Source of the DNA: Craspedostauros australis
Taxonomy: Eukaryota
NCBI GenBank assembly: GCA_030167865.1
Contig: JALAGF010005416.1
Location: 1-43,736 of the forward strand
DNA: 43,736 nucleotides
Reading direction: 5' to 3'
The position numbers were made by a program, and so were the translations under genes. Below are positions 22,030 through 32,011 of the stretch, piece after piece (positions within the stretch are counted from its first letter, which is position 1; each line of letters starts with the position of its first letter). The notes beneath the pieces were generated by a model. That model saw only the letters and a list, made by a program, of their open reading frames with translations, did no database searches and had not been told where the DNA came from.

Positions 22030-24385
22030 GACCAACTTGATAGGCTTGCCGAGCGCCGTCCCTTTTTGACTGGTGTGCGTTGTGAACGAGTATGCATTTT
22101 TGTTGTCAAGCGCCAGCAGTCAAAATGACGATCCTTCCACCACTTCGAGTCCTTTGATCTCGACATCCGGAAATTCGTCTGCCACCATCAACATCAATTC
22201 GATCTGGAGCACCACGCACTTCCCAGTCTCCTTGTCATACTGCACCTGATGCACCTTGGCTTGCTCAGTCAGAGTGAACCAGTTTGCGCTGGTGGCTCCC
22301 ACTTCCCACGTGCACCTTGCTGCCAGGGTGTTTACGATTGCCTCTGCCCTCACCAGATGTTCTGGGAGCATGTATGCGTAGGCAATGTCGGTCTTTCCAT
22401 TCCAGGGCACCTCCTGCTTGTCAACGTGAATAAACACCAGCCTCTTTGTGATCAGATGCACCTGATTGGCAAGGTTCGATCTCAGTGGTTCCTTGGATCC
22501 GTCGTGTCCAGCTCATCAAGGTCTTCGACTCCTCTGATCTGCACTTCCACCATCCTTCCCATTACCACTTTGAGTTTCTGTAGCATCTTTTTTGTGGCTG
22601 CCACTCCATCTGGGCCCAACTTCATTGCCATTGGATGGGGGATGAATCTGTTGCAGAGTTCTCCTGGCCCAATCTTGGAGATGTCATTGAACATCTCACA
22701 AAGGATTTCGGCGATTCTCACATGGATGCGGATGTCAGCTTCAAGCCTGAGAGCTTGCCAAGGTTGCACCTTGAAACTCCTCCCCATAGCTTTAGGAGCA
22801 TCTTGCCATTCCTGGCTGATCATTTCGTCCGCCCTGACTCTTCCCCCAACTTCGCCTTTGACTCCTGCAGCCTTCAGACGCATGTTGATGATGGCACATA
22901 TAGCAGGTCCATTGGAAAAGTTCCCCATGTAGGTGAGCATTCCAATTTGCTTTGTGTACTCCACTTCATCCAGCAGTCTCTTGTACAGAGTCTGTCTAGT
23001 CGACTGGTAGAAGAAACTTAGCTGCGATCCTGACTTTGACACGATGTCCTTTGGATCACATGTCATAGCAATACGCACTTATGCCGCCACCGTTCGACCA
23101 TTCAATGTCGCCTTCGTTGTGCTCATGTACACCATCAGCTCCTTCTCGGTCGTTGGGAATTGGTTGGCATCACCAATTGCCTTGTTGGTGTCTTGTACCT
23201 TCCACACCATGAGGAAGATCGTGTTGTCGTGATCCTTGAGCGCCCCTAGCCATTTTTAAGTGGCTTCAGATACCTCTTCACTGGATTGCCGCCTGATTTG
23301 ACCAGTACTGTCATGTCAAATCTCTTTGCTACCATGCCTTTCTTCAGCGTATGCGTGGCCTTGCTCTCCACGGATGCATCGCTATCACTGTCTTCATCCG
23401 TTTTCGCACTGCTTGTGCTCCCTTCACTCTTGCATGACTCCTCATCTTCGTTGGACTCCTCACTCTCACTACTTGTGTTGTGCTCCATCGCCTTTGCCAA
23501 ACGCTGTCCCTCCACCTCTATCGCGGTTGGTGTGCTGGTCATGAATTTGATTTTCTTCTGCTTGAGGTTTCTTGGTTGGACGATGTCGCTATCTCTCGTC
23601 TTTTGCTTCTTTCCGCTCCCTTCTGCGGTTGTGCTCATCATGCTGCTTTTGGTTTCCCCCATTACTGCATCTTTGCCTTGGGGAACGAACGTGATGTCTG
23701 GGCACTGTGACCCCAACACATTCACAGCTGCTCTCCGCGCAATGGTGATCTCAGTCTTCCTCAGGAGCCCTCCTGAATTGGGAATCATCATGTCTTTCAG
23801 CATCATGTTTGGATCTGTCATGCTCAAGTCAGCAGCAAGTTGTTGAATCTGCTGTCGTCGTTCGTCTGTTTTGGGCACGTGCGCTACACCAAATTTTTTT
23901 CTTCCATCGATGACCATGCTGATGAACACCTGCACTTCCTGCACCGGGATAGTGTGTCCTGTTTTTGCAGTTGCCTTCCCATTCCACCTGTATTGCTGAT
24001 TCATCATCCCTTTCACCAGGATATGGATCGACCTGCCTTCCTCTGCTGTCACTTCACAGGAAGAGAATGAAACAGCCACCTTGCAGATTTCTCCTGGCAG
24101 AGATTTCCACATGCTTGTCGTTGTCTTATGTGCAATGGAGACTCCTGCCTTGTTTTCTCCTTCCACAAGTGTCAGCATCTTATCCCTGTTCTTGCTCCCA
24201 GCCTTCCTTGGCATGGTCTTGACAGCCCTTGTTTGTGACTGTCCTCCTCCCCGTATGCCGTTGGCAGTCTCCTTATGATTTACCATTGCTTTGCCTGCCA
24301 TTGTCGCTGATGTTGGCCTCACTTCTGTATCTTTTCTACAGTTGGTACCCGTTGACATCAGTGCTGTTTCGGTGTTTGCATTCAT
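22030..24385 (-). pseudogene. LINE ORF1-like protein, broken by stops and frameshifts
   Basis: Consecutive minus-strand fragments 23246-24385, 22482-23078 and 22120-22461 lie directly upstream of the ORF2 remnant. Confidence 0.65.
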
Positions 24386-25145
24386 TTTGTAGAATACTAT
24401 CTTTACATGTTTCTACTGTGTTTGTTTTCCTGGTCCCTGGTGTTNNNNNNNNNNNNNNNNNNNNNNNNNNNNNNNNNNNNNNNNNNNNNNNNNNNNNNNN
24501 NNNNNNNNNNNNNNNNNNNNNNNNNNNNNNNNNNNNNNNNNNNNNNNNNNACGTGGAAGTGGACGTGTAGGGATGCCACCACCAACACCGTGCTGTTTGA
24601 CATCCCACGCACAAAGGAGGTAACGCACACCAGAACCAAACCATCGACAACGCAAGGAATGAACGTGACACCGAACCTTTCACAACATCACCATCGAGGC
24701 CGCTGGATACCATCTCAGTCTGGCATCGACGGTCAATGACGTCACCATTTTCGTCCACGGTGAGGACAAGCCAGCCATGTATTTGTGTCGTAGAAGCTAG
24801 CTAAATATATCTAGCCCTAATGAACAACACGAAAAATTGATGTCTAAAAATATCACGTTTCAGTATCTCAAATCCGCAGAATAATACTCGACTTCGCTGA
24901 ATGGGGCCGTATTCCGACCCTCTCTCTACCTTTGGCACGATCGCAACTGTGACTGTGCACAATCACCCCCACTTCAACCGCCTGCAGACAACGTCCACAA
25001 CATTCATCACATTCGCAGAAGACCAACCACACCAACAACAACCGCCGAGCTTCTTCCGCTGCATCACTCAACCATCCAACCATCCAACCACCTCATAATC
25101 TACAACCTCGGTGACGACCATTCCATCACTCAACCCAACAACATC

Positions 25146-26549
25146 ATGAGCTCACAACACACGAGTACTCGTATTCAGACAGAAGATTCATCATTTCCAA
25201 TGCCAGAGCGAATCTCTGCACAGCATCAACATTCGATGCAAGCAAGCGCACCAGCTGCAACTGCACACGCGGATTCGGAAACCGATGAAGCCACTAAGGC
25301 AGCAACAATGCCACCGGCGCTGCCAAAGCAGGTCCGGGCTCAACACCAGGACACATCCCTGGAGATGTCAACCGCCATTGCTGCCACCATCGCCAAGGCC
25401 GACATCGAGATGGCCGCAACCGACACGTTTGTGCTGCCACCGCTACCGAACGGAGCGTCATTCCACTCTCTGTCTCCCAAGAAGCGATGCGTCAGCACCA
25501 GCACGGTCATGACGGCACTGTCCACCTCCAGCGACGTCGACGATGACGATAGCGGCGACTTCTTCTGCTTGGCAAGCGATCACAGCAATGCGACCGACGG
25601 GACAGCAGATATCACAGCCCGCGCAACGACGCCCGCGGCAAAGACGACGTTGCTGTCATCCATCCTCAAGGATGTCAAGGACCTCGCCTTCGCCATTGCC
25701 ATACTGGTGGTGTGCGAGATCATTCCCGTCGCGTTGTTCGAGAACTACGACTGGCGTCGTCCCATTCCCTACCAGCAGCTGCAGGACGGGCAGGTGATCC
25801 TGGATCAGGAGCTCATGTACCCGCTCAAACCAAACACCGTCTCGCAGAAGGTACTGACGTTGACCTCGATCGGCCTTCCGCTTTTCGCGTTCTTCCTATG
25901 CTCCGCCATCAACCTCGCGCGCAACTGCTACAACAGGAACACCGGAACCACCATCACTACCACCATGTCCTCCATCAAGAACGACCTCAAGGCATCCATC
26001 TGCATGTTGCTGGCGGCGCACGGCATCAGCTTCGCCATCACGCACAGCCTCAAGATCTTCGTGGGGCGCTTCCGACCCAACTTCTACGCCATGTGCGAAT
26101 TCAGCTCCACGACGCTGCAGTGCGAAGCCGAATCTCAAGGTTACATCATGAACGCCCAGCACTCCTTCCCCAGCGGTCATTCGTCGGAGAGCTTCACGGG
26201 CATGACGATCCTCGCCTTCTTCTTCCTCGGCAAGGCCATGCGTCTACGATCTTCCAACACGTTCCGATTGTCCATGCTGCTGTCGCTATCGCCGTTCCTC
26301 GTCTCGATCGCCATCGCGGCCAGCCGGTTGCACGACTTCATGCATCATCCATCCGACGTCCTGGCGGGCAGCTGGATTGGGATCGGATGCGGTATCCTCG
26401 CCTATCACATGTGGTACCCATGTCCCATGATATCGAATCCAAGTGTCGGAGTGCCGTTGGAGGAGGAGACTCAAATGACTGATACTCAATTGACAGGCGG
26501 CGGCAGTAGGAAGTACAACCTCCTGCGCCGACAAGAGAGCGAAGTCTGA
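25146..26549 (+). CDS. PAP2-family lipid phosphate phosphatase, paralogue 2
   Basis: C1 KIFVGRFRP, C2 SFPSGH, C3 SRLHDFMHHPSDVLAG; shares RPIPYQ.L..G.V.LD..L.YP..PNTV with paralogue 1. Confidence 0.95.
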   Translation: MSSQHTSTRIQTEDSSFPMPERISAQHQHSMQASAPAATAHADSETDEATKAATMPPALPKQVRAQHQDTSLEMSTAIAATIAKADIEMAATDTFVLPPLPNGASFHSLSPKKRCVSTSTVMTALSTSSDVDDDDSGDFFCLASDHSNATDGTADITARATTPAAKTTLLSSILKDVKDLAFAIAILVVCEIIPVALFENYDWRRPIPYQQLQDGQVILDQELMYPLKPNTVSQKVLTLTSIGLPLFAFFLCSAINLARNCYNRNTGTTITTTMSSIKNDLKASICMLLAAHGISFAITHSLKIFVGRFRPNFYAMCEFSSTTLQCEAESQGYIMNAQHSFPSGHSSESFTGMTILAFFFLGKAMRLRSSNTFRLSMLLSLSPFLVSIAIAASRLHDFMHHPSDVLAGSWIGIGCGILAYHMWYPCPMISNPSVGVPLEEETQMTDTQLTGGGSRKYNLLRRQESEV

Positions 26550-26954
26550 GCGAAAGTGGAGCGCCAAGCGCCACTCATTCGGCACGCTTGAGTTTTTGGT
26601 TTGAATGTGAATGGTTCGTCATCTATTGCACGAGTACGTCCGTATGGTATTATATATTCTATGACACAAAGATTGAGAAAGATGCGATACTCTGCATGGT
26701 ATTATTATATATTCTACATAATCGCGAAGTTAATGATAGAGCAGTACTCAACAACGACAACGGCGAGTACAGGGATACAGCAAGCACAGCATAGGTATAT
26801 AGAGTAGAGTTGAGTACTCTCTCCCAACAGAGAGAGAGAGCAGAGCCACCTGTCGACGGCTCCAGCTTCTTCACGATTGCACGCTTCAAGAGAGGCATCG
26901 ACACCAACGTCTTTGTTGACAACGCCACAGACACGCAAACGACAAAACGCGACA

Positions 26955-27146
26955 ATGGCGATCTGCGCAACACCCAACTGCGGCACTCCGGGACGGCCCT
27001 TCCCAGCCTGCGACCTTTGCGGACGGCGACGATACTGCGGCAGCCATTGCTTGCAACCTCTCGTCACATCCACGAGCACGCTCATCGTCTGTCCCGAGTG
27101 CTTCACGTCGCAACAGCAAGGCACAACGAAGGCGTGCGATACATGA
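26955..27146 (+). CDS. 63-aa Cys-rich zinc-finger microprotein (AN1/FYVE-like spacing)
   Basis: acaATGG start; MAICATPNCGTPGRPFPACDLCGRRRYCGSHCLQPLVTSTSTLIVCPECFTSQQQGTTKACDT*; spacing C-x4-C-x9-C-x2-C-x5-C-x2-H-C-x13-C-x2-C. Confidence 0.55.
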   Translation: MAICATPNCGTPGRPFPACDLCGRRRYCGSHCLQPLVTSTSTLIVCPECFTSQQQGTTKACDT

Positions 27147-27668
27147 TAGATCGTACATGTCACGCACAACGCGTCCATAGGTATCTCTAGACTAATGTAC
27201 GTAGCATTCTCCATTTCAACAGACAAGAAATGACACGTTTCATTCTTTCCACGCTTTCAGGTGTGGAAGTGTCATTTCTGAGGAGGCGTCCAAAGTTCCC
27301 GAAGCACAAACAAGAAAGTGCCCAAATCACGCAGGTCGCTTTTGCGACCAGATCGCAACGTGATTGGGTCAAAAAATCCGAACACGATCGATCATCGATG
27401 ATGTCCCTGCGACGCAGCGCACTTTTGCATCCGCCTCTTCTGCTCATTCGTTCGTGTCAACAACAACGACAACGACAACAACGACGACACACAAATAGAA
27501 TTCTCACCCGCATCTTTCATTCACCATCGCACACAATCCAAGAGAGGATAGCAATACACACACTCACGCCCACGCAGACGCAGACGCCCAAGCTCATAAT
27601 CTACATAGCATACCTACACACCATACTAACGTCACACAACCGCCAAGATGTTGATGAACTACCATGAA

Positions 27669-28835
27669 ATGACGATGAACGAGCCGCGCCACTCGCCGCA
27701 GAAGCGCAAGCAGTTCCTCGTCATCTGCACCATCATGGCCGCCGTCTTTTTCTACACCTGCATGACGTCGGGCATGTTCCTGGCCATCGAGCCCACCGTC
27801 GGCACCTTCGAGGGCGGCGAGTACATGTACAAGATGGCCTCGCGTGATTACGCCGCCAGCCAGGGCCTCGGCAAGCACATCCGCAAGGCGGTGCTGGGCC
27901 TCAAATCGGAGTACGCGGTCGATGATGCGCTGTACCACGTCTACCTTGACAATCCACCCCGCATGGGCGGTCGTCGTCAGCGCTGGATGTCGGGGTTGCT
28001 GTCGCGCACGACGCCGCCGGAGTACACGCAGACGCTGAAGGACAAGGCGCAGGAATTCGCGGACTCGGGCAAGTCCCCCATCCTGCCCGAAGATACATTC
28101 GACGTTCCCGCCAGCGAGGTGTGGGATCAGCTGCCGTTCCAGCGCGCTGAGTTGCCGGAATCCGTCAAGGCGCTCGTGCTGCCCTTCGCCTTCACCAACG
28201 GGTTCGTGTCCGCGTTGATCCATTCCTACAAGATCATTCCGGCCCTGCGGCAGCTGGGCGTGGAGCATGGCGAGGAGGGCAACGTGCCCGTCGTCATCAC
28301 GAACTGCAGCATCAAGCAGAAGATGTGCATTCATTATGTCGTGAGTCATTGTTTCAATACTGTGCATGCTTGTAGAGTATATTATGATTATGATTATTAC
28401 TGCAGTGGTTGTGCTCATGCAGTGTTTTGCACATGCGCTCTTGACCTGGCTTGTGTGTGGAGTGCAGAGCAAATCGCAATGCAACACAATGACGATTCAT
28501 TCCTTTCTCACGCATTTCCTCACTCAATATCTCATTTTCTTTCGTTCTTTCTTTGTCACTCACAACCACAATGGCAACAACAACAACACTTTGGATGGAC
28601 AACACTGCAGCCACTGGAAAGGGGCAAAGAATTCTTGCTCGGCCACCCCGACACGCTAACACACAATGAAGCCTTGGGCGAGGAGCACTTTCTGGATGCC
28701 AAAGGTATGAAGCAGGGTCTCAAGAAGGTCCTGCCATGGATCCACGACTTCTTCTTCCCAGAGCCAAAGGTCAAGGAAGCAACAACCGAAAAGCCGCCTG
28801 TCTCAGCAACCACCGAGGCAGGAGAGGAGCTGTAA
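27669..28835 (+). CDS. TEX264-like protein (N-terminal TM helix + GyrI-like domain); exons ~27669-28340 and 28611-28835
   Basis: TM FLVICTIMAAVFFY. YMYKM...HVYLDNP...RWMSGLL...LP...ALVLPFAFTNGFVSALIHSYKIIPAL matches the TEX264 pattern (YYDNP...G.IL...FP.T..S.....V.PAL) as I recall it. Intron GTGAGT(28341)...CTGCAG(28610). Ends AGEEL. The start could be 27648, 27669 or 27675. Confidence 0.7.
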   Translation: MTMNEPRHSPQKRKQFLVICTIMAAVFFYTCMTSGMFLAIEPTVGTFEGGEYMYKMASRDYAASQGLGKHIRKAVLGLKSEYAVDDALYHVYLDNPPRMGGRRQRWMSGLLSRTTPPEYTQTLKDKAQEFADSGKSPILPEDTFDVPASEVWDQLPFQRAELPESVKALVLPFAFTNGFVSALIHSYKIIPALRQLGVEHGEEGNVPVVITNCSIKQKMCIHYVVSHCFNTVHACRVYYDYDYYCSGCAHAVFCTCALDLACVWSAEQIAMQHNDDSFLSHAFPHSISHFLSFFLCHSQPQWQQQQHFGWTTLQPLERGKEFLLGHPDTLTHNEALGEEHFLDAKGMKQGLKKVLPWIHDFFFPEPKVKEATTEKPPVSATTEAGEEL

Positions 28836-29855
28836 CGTGTTTGGATGGATGCTCTCCAGCACCGTACTCGACTATGCTCTGAGCGCACCTCCCTCCGGCT
28901 ACTCCTATGTGTCCATTCAGCTCTAATCTGAGTCTTCCATTCCTTTCTTCACGAGAGCCAGCGGGTGTGTGGAGATGCGGCGGTTGTGGTTGCATCAATG
29001 ATACACATCACATCTGCGGTGGGGACAAGGGTGGTTCACGACCACCAACGGTAACGGCAAATTGGAGCTTGAATAAATCATTTTTTTTGTTGTACAAACG
29101 ATAGTGTGTTTCTCGTCCATCCTTCCGACTTCATCAATTGACTCAAGTCGTTGGCATCACACCGTCGCAACGTTCGTGAGAGCACCAGTATAAAATCAGC
29201 ACCGTGGAACCACCACCACCAACGAACGTCAAAGAACCCGGAAGATCAACGACCACAACTTGTGTTAAATGGCGCGAAGCGCCTGCAAGCAAACAGCCAA
29301 TCTATTGAATTCAAATCAACAAACAGACATACAAACAATGCTGCATGTATTCAGTCTGTCATACACCCTCGTTTCAAATTCTGCCCACGACTCAGACGAC
29401 ACAACCAACGGAGTTCCGCTCAATCCGGACTGACACACACGGGAAAACAAGGCAACAAACACCACGACCCAGCGCAACACGATGCAACACGGTGGTTGAA
29501 TCGTCGTGTTCGCCGTTTCATTTCCACGCAAACACACCGCACCACCGCGACGAAGCACAACGCAGCAACCACGACAAAGACAAGGAAAGCGGAAGAAGCA
29601 CAAAATTGCCTCTTTTCTTGCCTCCTCTCAAAATACGAGCGCATCGAGGCGAAGCGACATCAGAGGCGTTCGGCAGAGCGGTCCATCGCAGCATTAATCA
29701 AGACAGGAGCAGAGAGGCAAAGGACAACATCGCATCGCATCAGATTAGATCATAGCAACAGCATAGCAGGACCATCCATTGTCAGGCGCTTGCGAACAAG
29801 AAGGACGACGGAACAAGCAAAGCTCCGCGAGCTTTGAACAAACAAAACACAAACC

Positions 29856-31703
29856 ATGTTTTCGTGGAGCCAGCAAAGTTCGACGACCACCAAGCGAGCG
29901 TCCAGGGGGGGCTCCTATCCTGGCAGACGATCCAGCTCGGGAGCGTCCGTCGCGACGGCCCAGGACGTGATGGGCACCGTCCATCCCAGCATCACCAGGG
30001 CGCAGCACATCGAGTCCTACCTTCAGGACCGCGCCCTTGCGCGTTCCACACGCAGAATCGGCTCAGGTACGTTTTGTACGCGAGGGACTATTCAAGCTCC
30101 ATTCATGGTGCGCAATAAACCGTGGGACCAAAATCGAATCTGAACGGCATCGTCATCATGAGTGTCATGTCTGTCATGATCATGGCTATGGTCTCTGCTG
30201 TGGCATGGAGCAACGCCTTGTCAAAAGCATACGACCGAATGATCAAGCAACAGCGGTGTTTGCTCTTGTTGCAACAAAGAAGAGACAAGCGCAGTGACAT
30301 GACACGATGCGTTTCCTTTTCGTTCTTGGAATTCTGAGAGCATTTCTGGCGGCGATCAAGGGCATGAGAGACTGCGACCCACCTGCGTACTGGCATGGAA
30401 CAGACATGGTGGATGCGTTGCGCATACACCGTGGGCTTGTCTACTCGACAATATGCCACTCTGGCACCACAACAAGCGAGAGCACACCACCCTATACCTG
30501 CATCAGCTTTGTTCGCACAAGAAGAACAAATACCACCATCACGAATGAGCGCATTAACTCACCTCTCTCCCTCCGACTTTCTTTCCTTACTCTGCTCTGT
30601 CCAACCGCAATCCCTTCACCAATACCTACCGTCTTCACTGTACACAACCCATAACATATCACATCGCGTCACTGCCGCCAACAGATGACGCAACGCATGA
30701 CACTGTCTTTCAGACAACGCAAGGCCAGAACCTCATGCTGCGTGTTCACATGCCACAATCCTCGTCCGCGCATGTGTTCCCTGCCATGTCCTTGGCTGGA
30801 GTGCGCGGTCGGCATGCCTGGTGCGACAGCTCGATGCGGATCACTGGCTACGCACCGATCCAGAATGCTGCAACCTGGAGGAACTCTGGCTTGAAGCTGG
30901 GTGCGGCCGTGCACGCCGTCGTCAAGCAGCTGCAAGTGTATCCACCGGAGATCACGGAGATTACGGATCCAGCCCTTCGTTCCATCCAGAAAAAAATGGC
31001 CCCCTCCGCCAACAACGGGCAGGCGCGTCACTCACAGCAGCACTCACCCCACCGTTCATCCAATCACAGCGCATCCAGCAACGGAAGTGCCAACGCCCCA
31101 CCACCGAACTACTCCGCCTGGGTCCAAACACAGAGCCAGCCCAAGCCTCCGAAGCGATTTTCCAAGGCGGATGCAAAACCTCTGCCACCAATTAACATGC
31201 CCACCGTCCCCATGGCGTACGATGAAGTTGTGGGCCTCGAGAAGGCGCAGCTGGAGAAGTACGTCAAGAACGACCTGGATTTCCTCACCTTTGCGGGCAA
31301 AATGGAAACGAACAAGGAGATCCTAACACTGCGGGCATCCGTCATGAGGGAGAATTTTAAGCTGGCCAACACCACGCTCACCGACGAAGCGCGGATCAAG
31401 GAGCTTTCGGCATCCTGCGATGACTTGAAGAAATCGATTCAGGACAAGCTTGCCAAGTTCCAGGAACTTGAATCGGAACAATCCCAGATCGCCGCGCCGC
31501 CCGATGTCCGATCCACCCTCAAGCAGCTGTCCAAGGCCGTCGATGAATCCATGGAGGAGTCGGAAGCCTTGGCGGAGGAGTGGGTGGAGAACGGCGACAA
31601 GAGCGTCGATGAATTCTGCAAGGAGTTCCTCGCAATCCGCACCTTGCACCATCGCAGGGCCGCCACCATGGAACGATTATCGCGACAGGATCCATCGCGA
31701 TGA
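29856..31703 (+). CDS. VPS37: VPS37A-like ESCRT-I subunit (UEV-like N-domain + Mod(r) C-domain); exons 29856-30066 and 30685-31703, about 409 aa
   Basis: Intron GTACGT(30067)...AACAG(30684) joins the exons in phase (RRIGSDDATHDTVFQ...LMLRVHMP). UEV-like FP...H.W.D...LG..V..V......PP; coiled coil; C-terminal EESEALAEEW...VDEFCKEFLAIRTLHHRR. Confidence 0.85.
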
Positions 31704-32011
31704 TCGCGATTGCATGATAGGATATGCGCATAGAATCTAGTAACCATATTAACAACAACAAGCCAACTCAAGCATTAATCCGCACTATTGAAGCAATGCA
31801 GTGCGGATGTTGACGCTGCTGCGCTCGCGCCGTGTGATTAGAGAGACAGTGCAAATAGCATTCGGCAATCTCATTTTCGGGAAATCAAGCCGCAGCGCCG
31901 AGCACAATGAAAGTGCGAAGAAACAGGTGTCGATTGACGTTTTGCTTTGTTTTGTTTAAAGTATGGCACTATCTTTTGCAATATGCATTCCTTGCAGGAG
32001 TATATTCCTGC

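Larger units (their letters stand above)
19526..24444 (-). mobile_element. Degenerate non-LTR retrotransposon (Ambal-like LINE with RNase H), internally deleted for endonuclease and RT
   Basis: ORF1-like region 22030-24385. ORF2 remnants: QPRRQGDCPIM...VNLCQ...MADG; RNase H SDRS...QAELAGI...HVRGYQD...MNVITDQIA; CCHC CPRCGKMETHGHRWVC; terminal domain QQEAGWDWLVTG...W...Q..YY...W...LWKVAWEHWHQRN. The 3' end reads GATAAAAGCGGGCGGCGT-A6. The 5' end runs into an N gap. Confidence 0.88.
18584..24909. mobile_element. Putative non-autonomous DNA transposon with imperfect ~40-bp TIRs and TA flanks, interrupted by a LINE
   Basis: Left end TA|TGACCCCATTCAGGATACGATAGTATAAAAATGCGGATTT aligns ungapped to the reverse complement of the right end TA|CGGCCCCATTCAGCGAAGTCGAGTATTATTCTGCGGATTT at 27/40 positions. 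AT-rich subterminal DNA on both sides; no transposase visible. Confidence 0.65.

Noticed and set aside
29151..29837. 228-aa ORF upstream of VPS37
   Set aside because: Non-ATG start, A/C-rich promoter-like composition and no domain.
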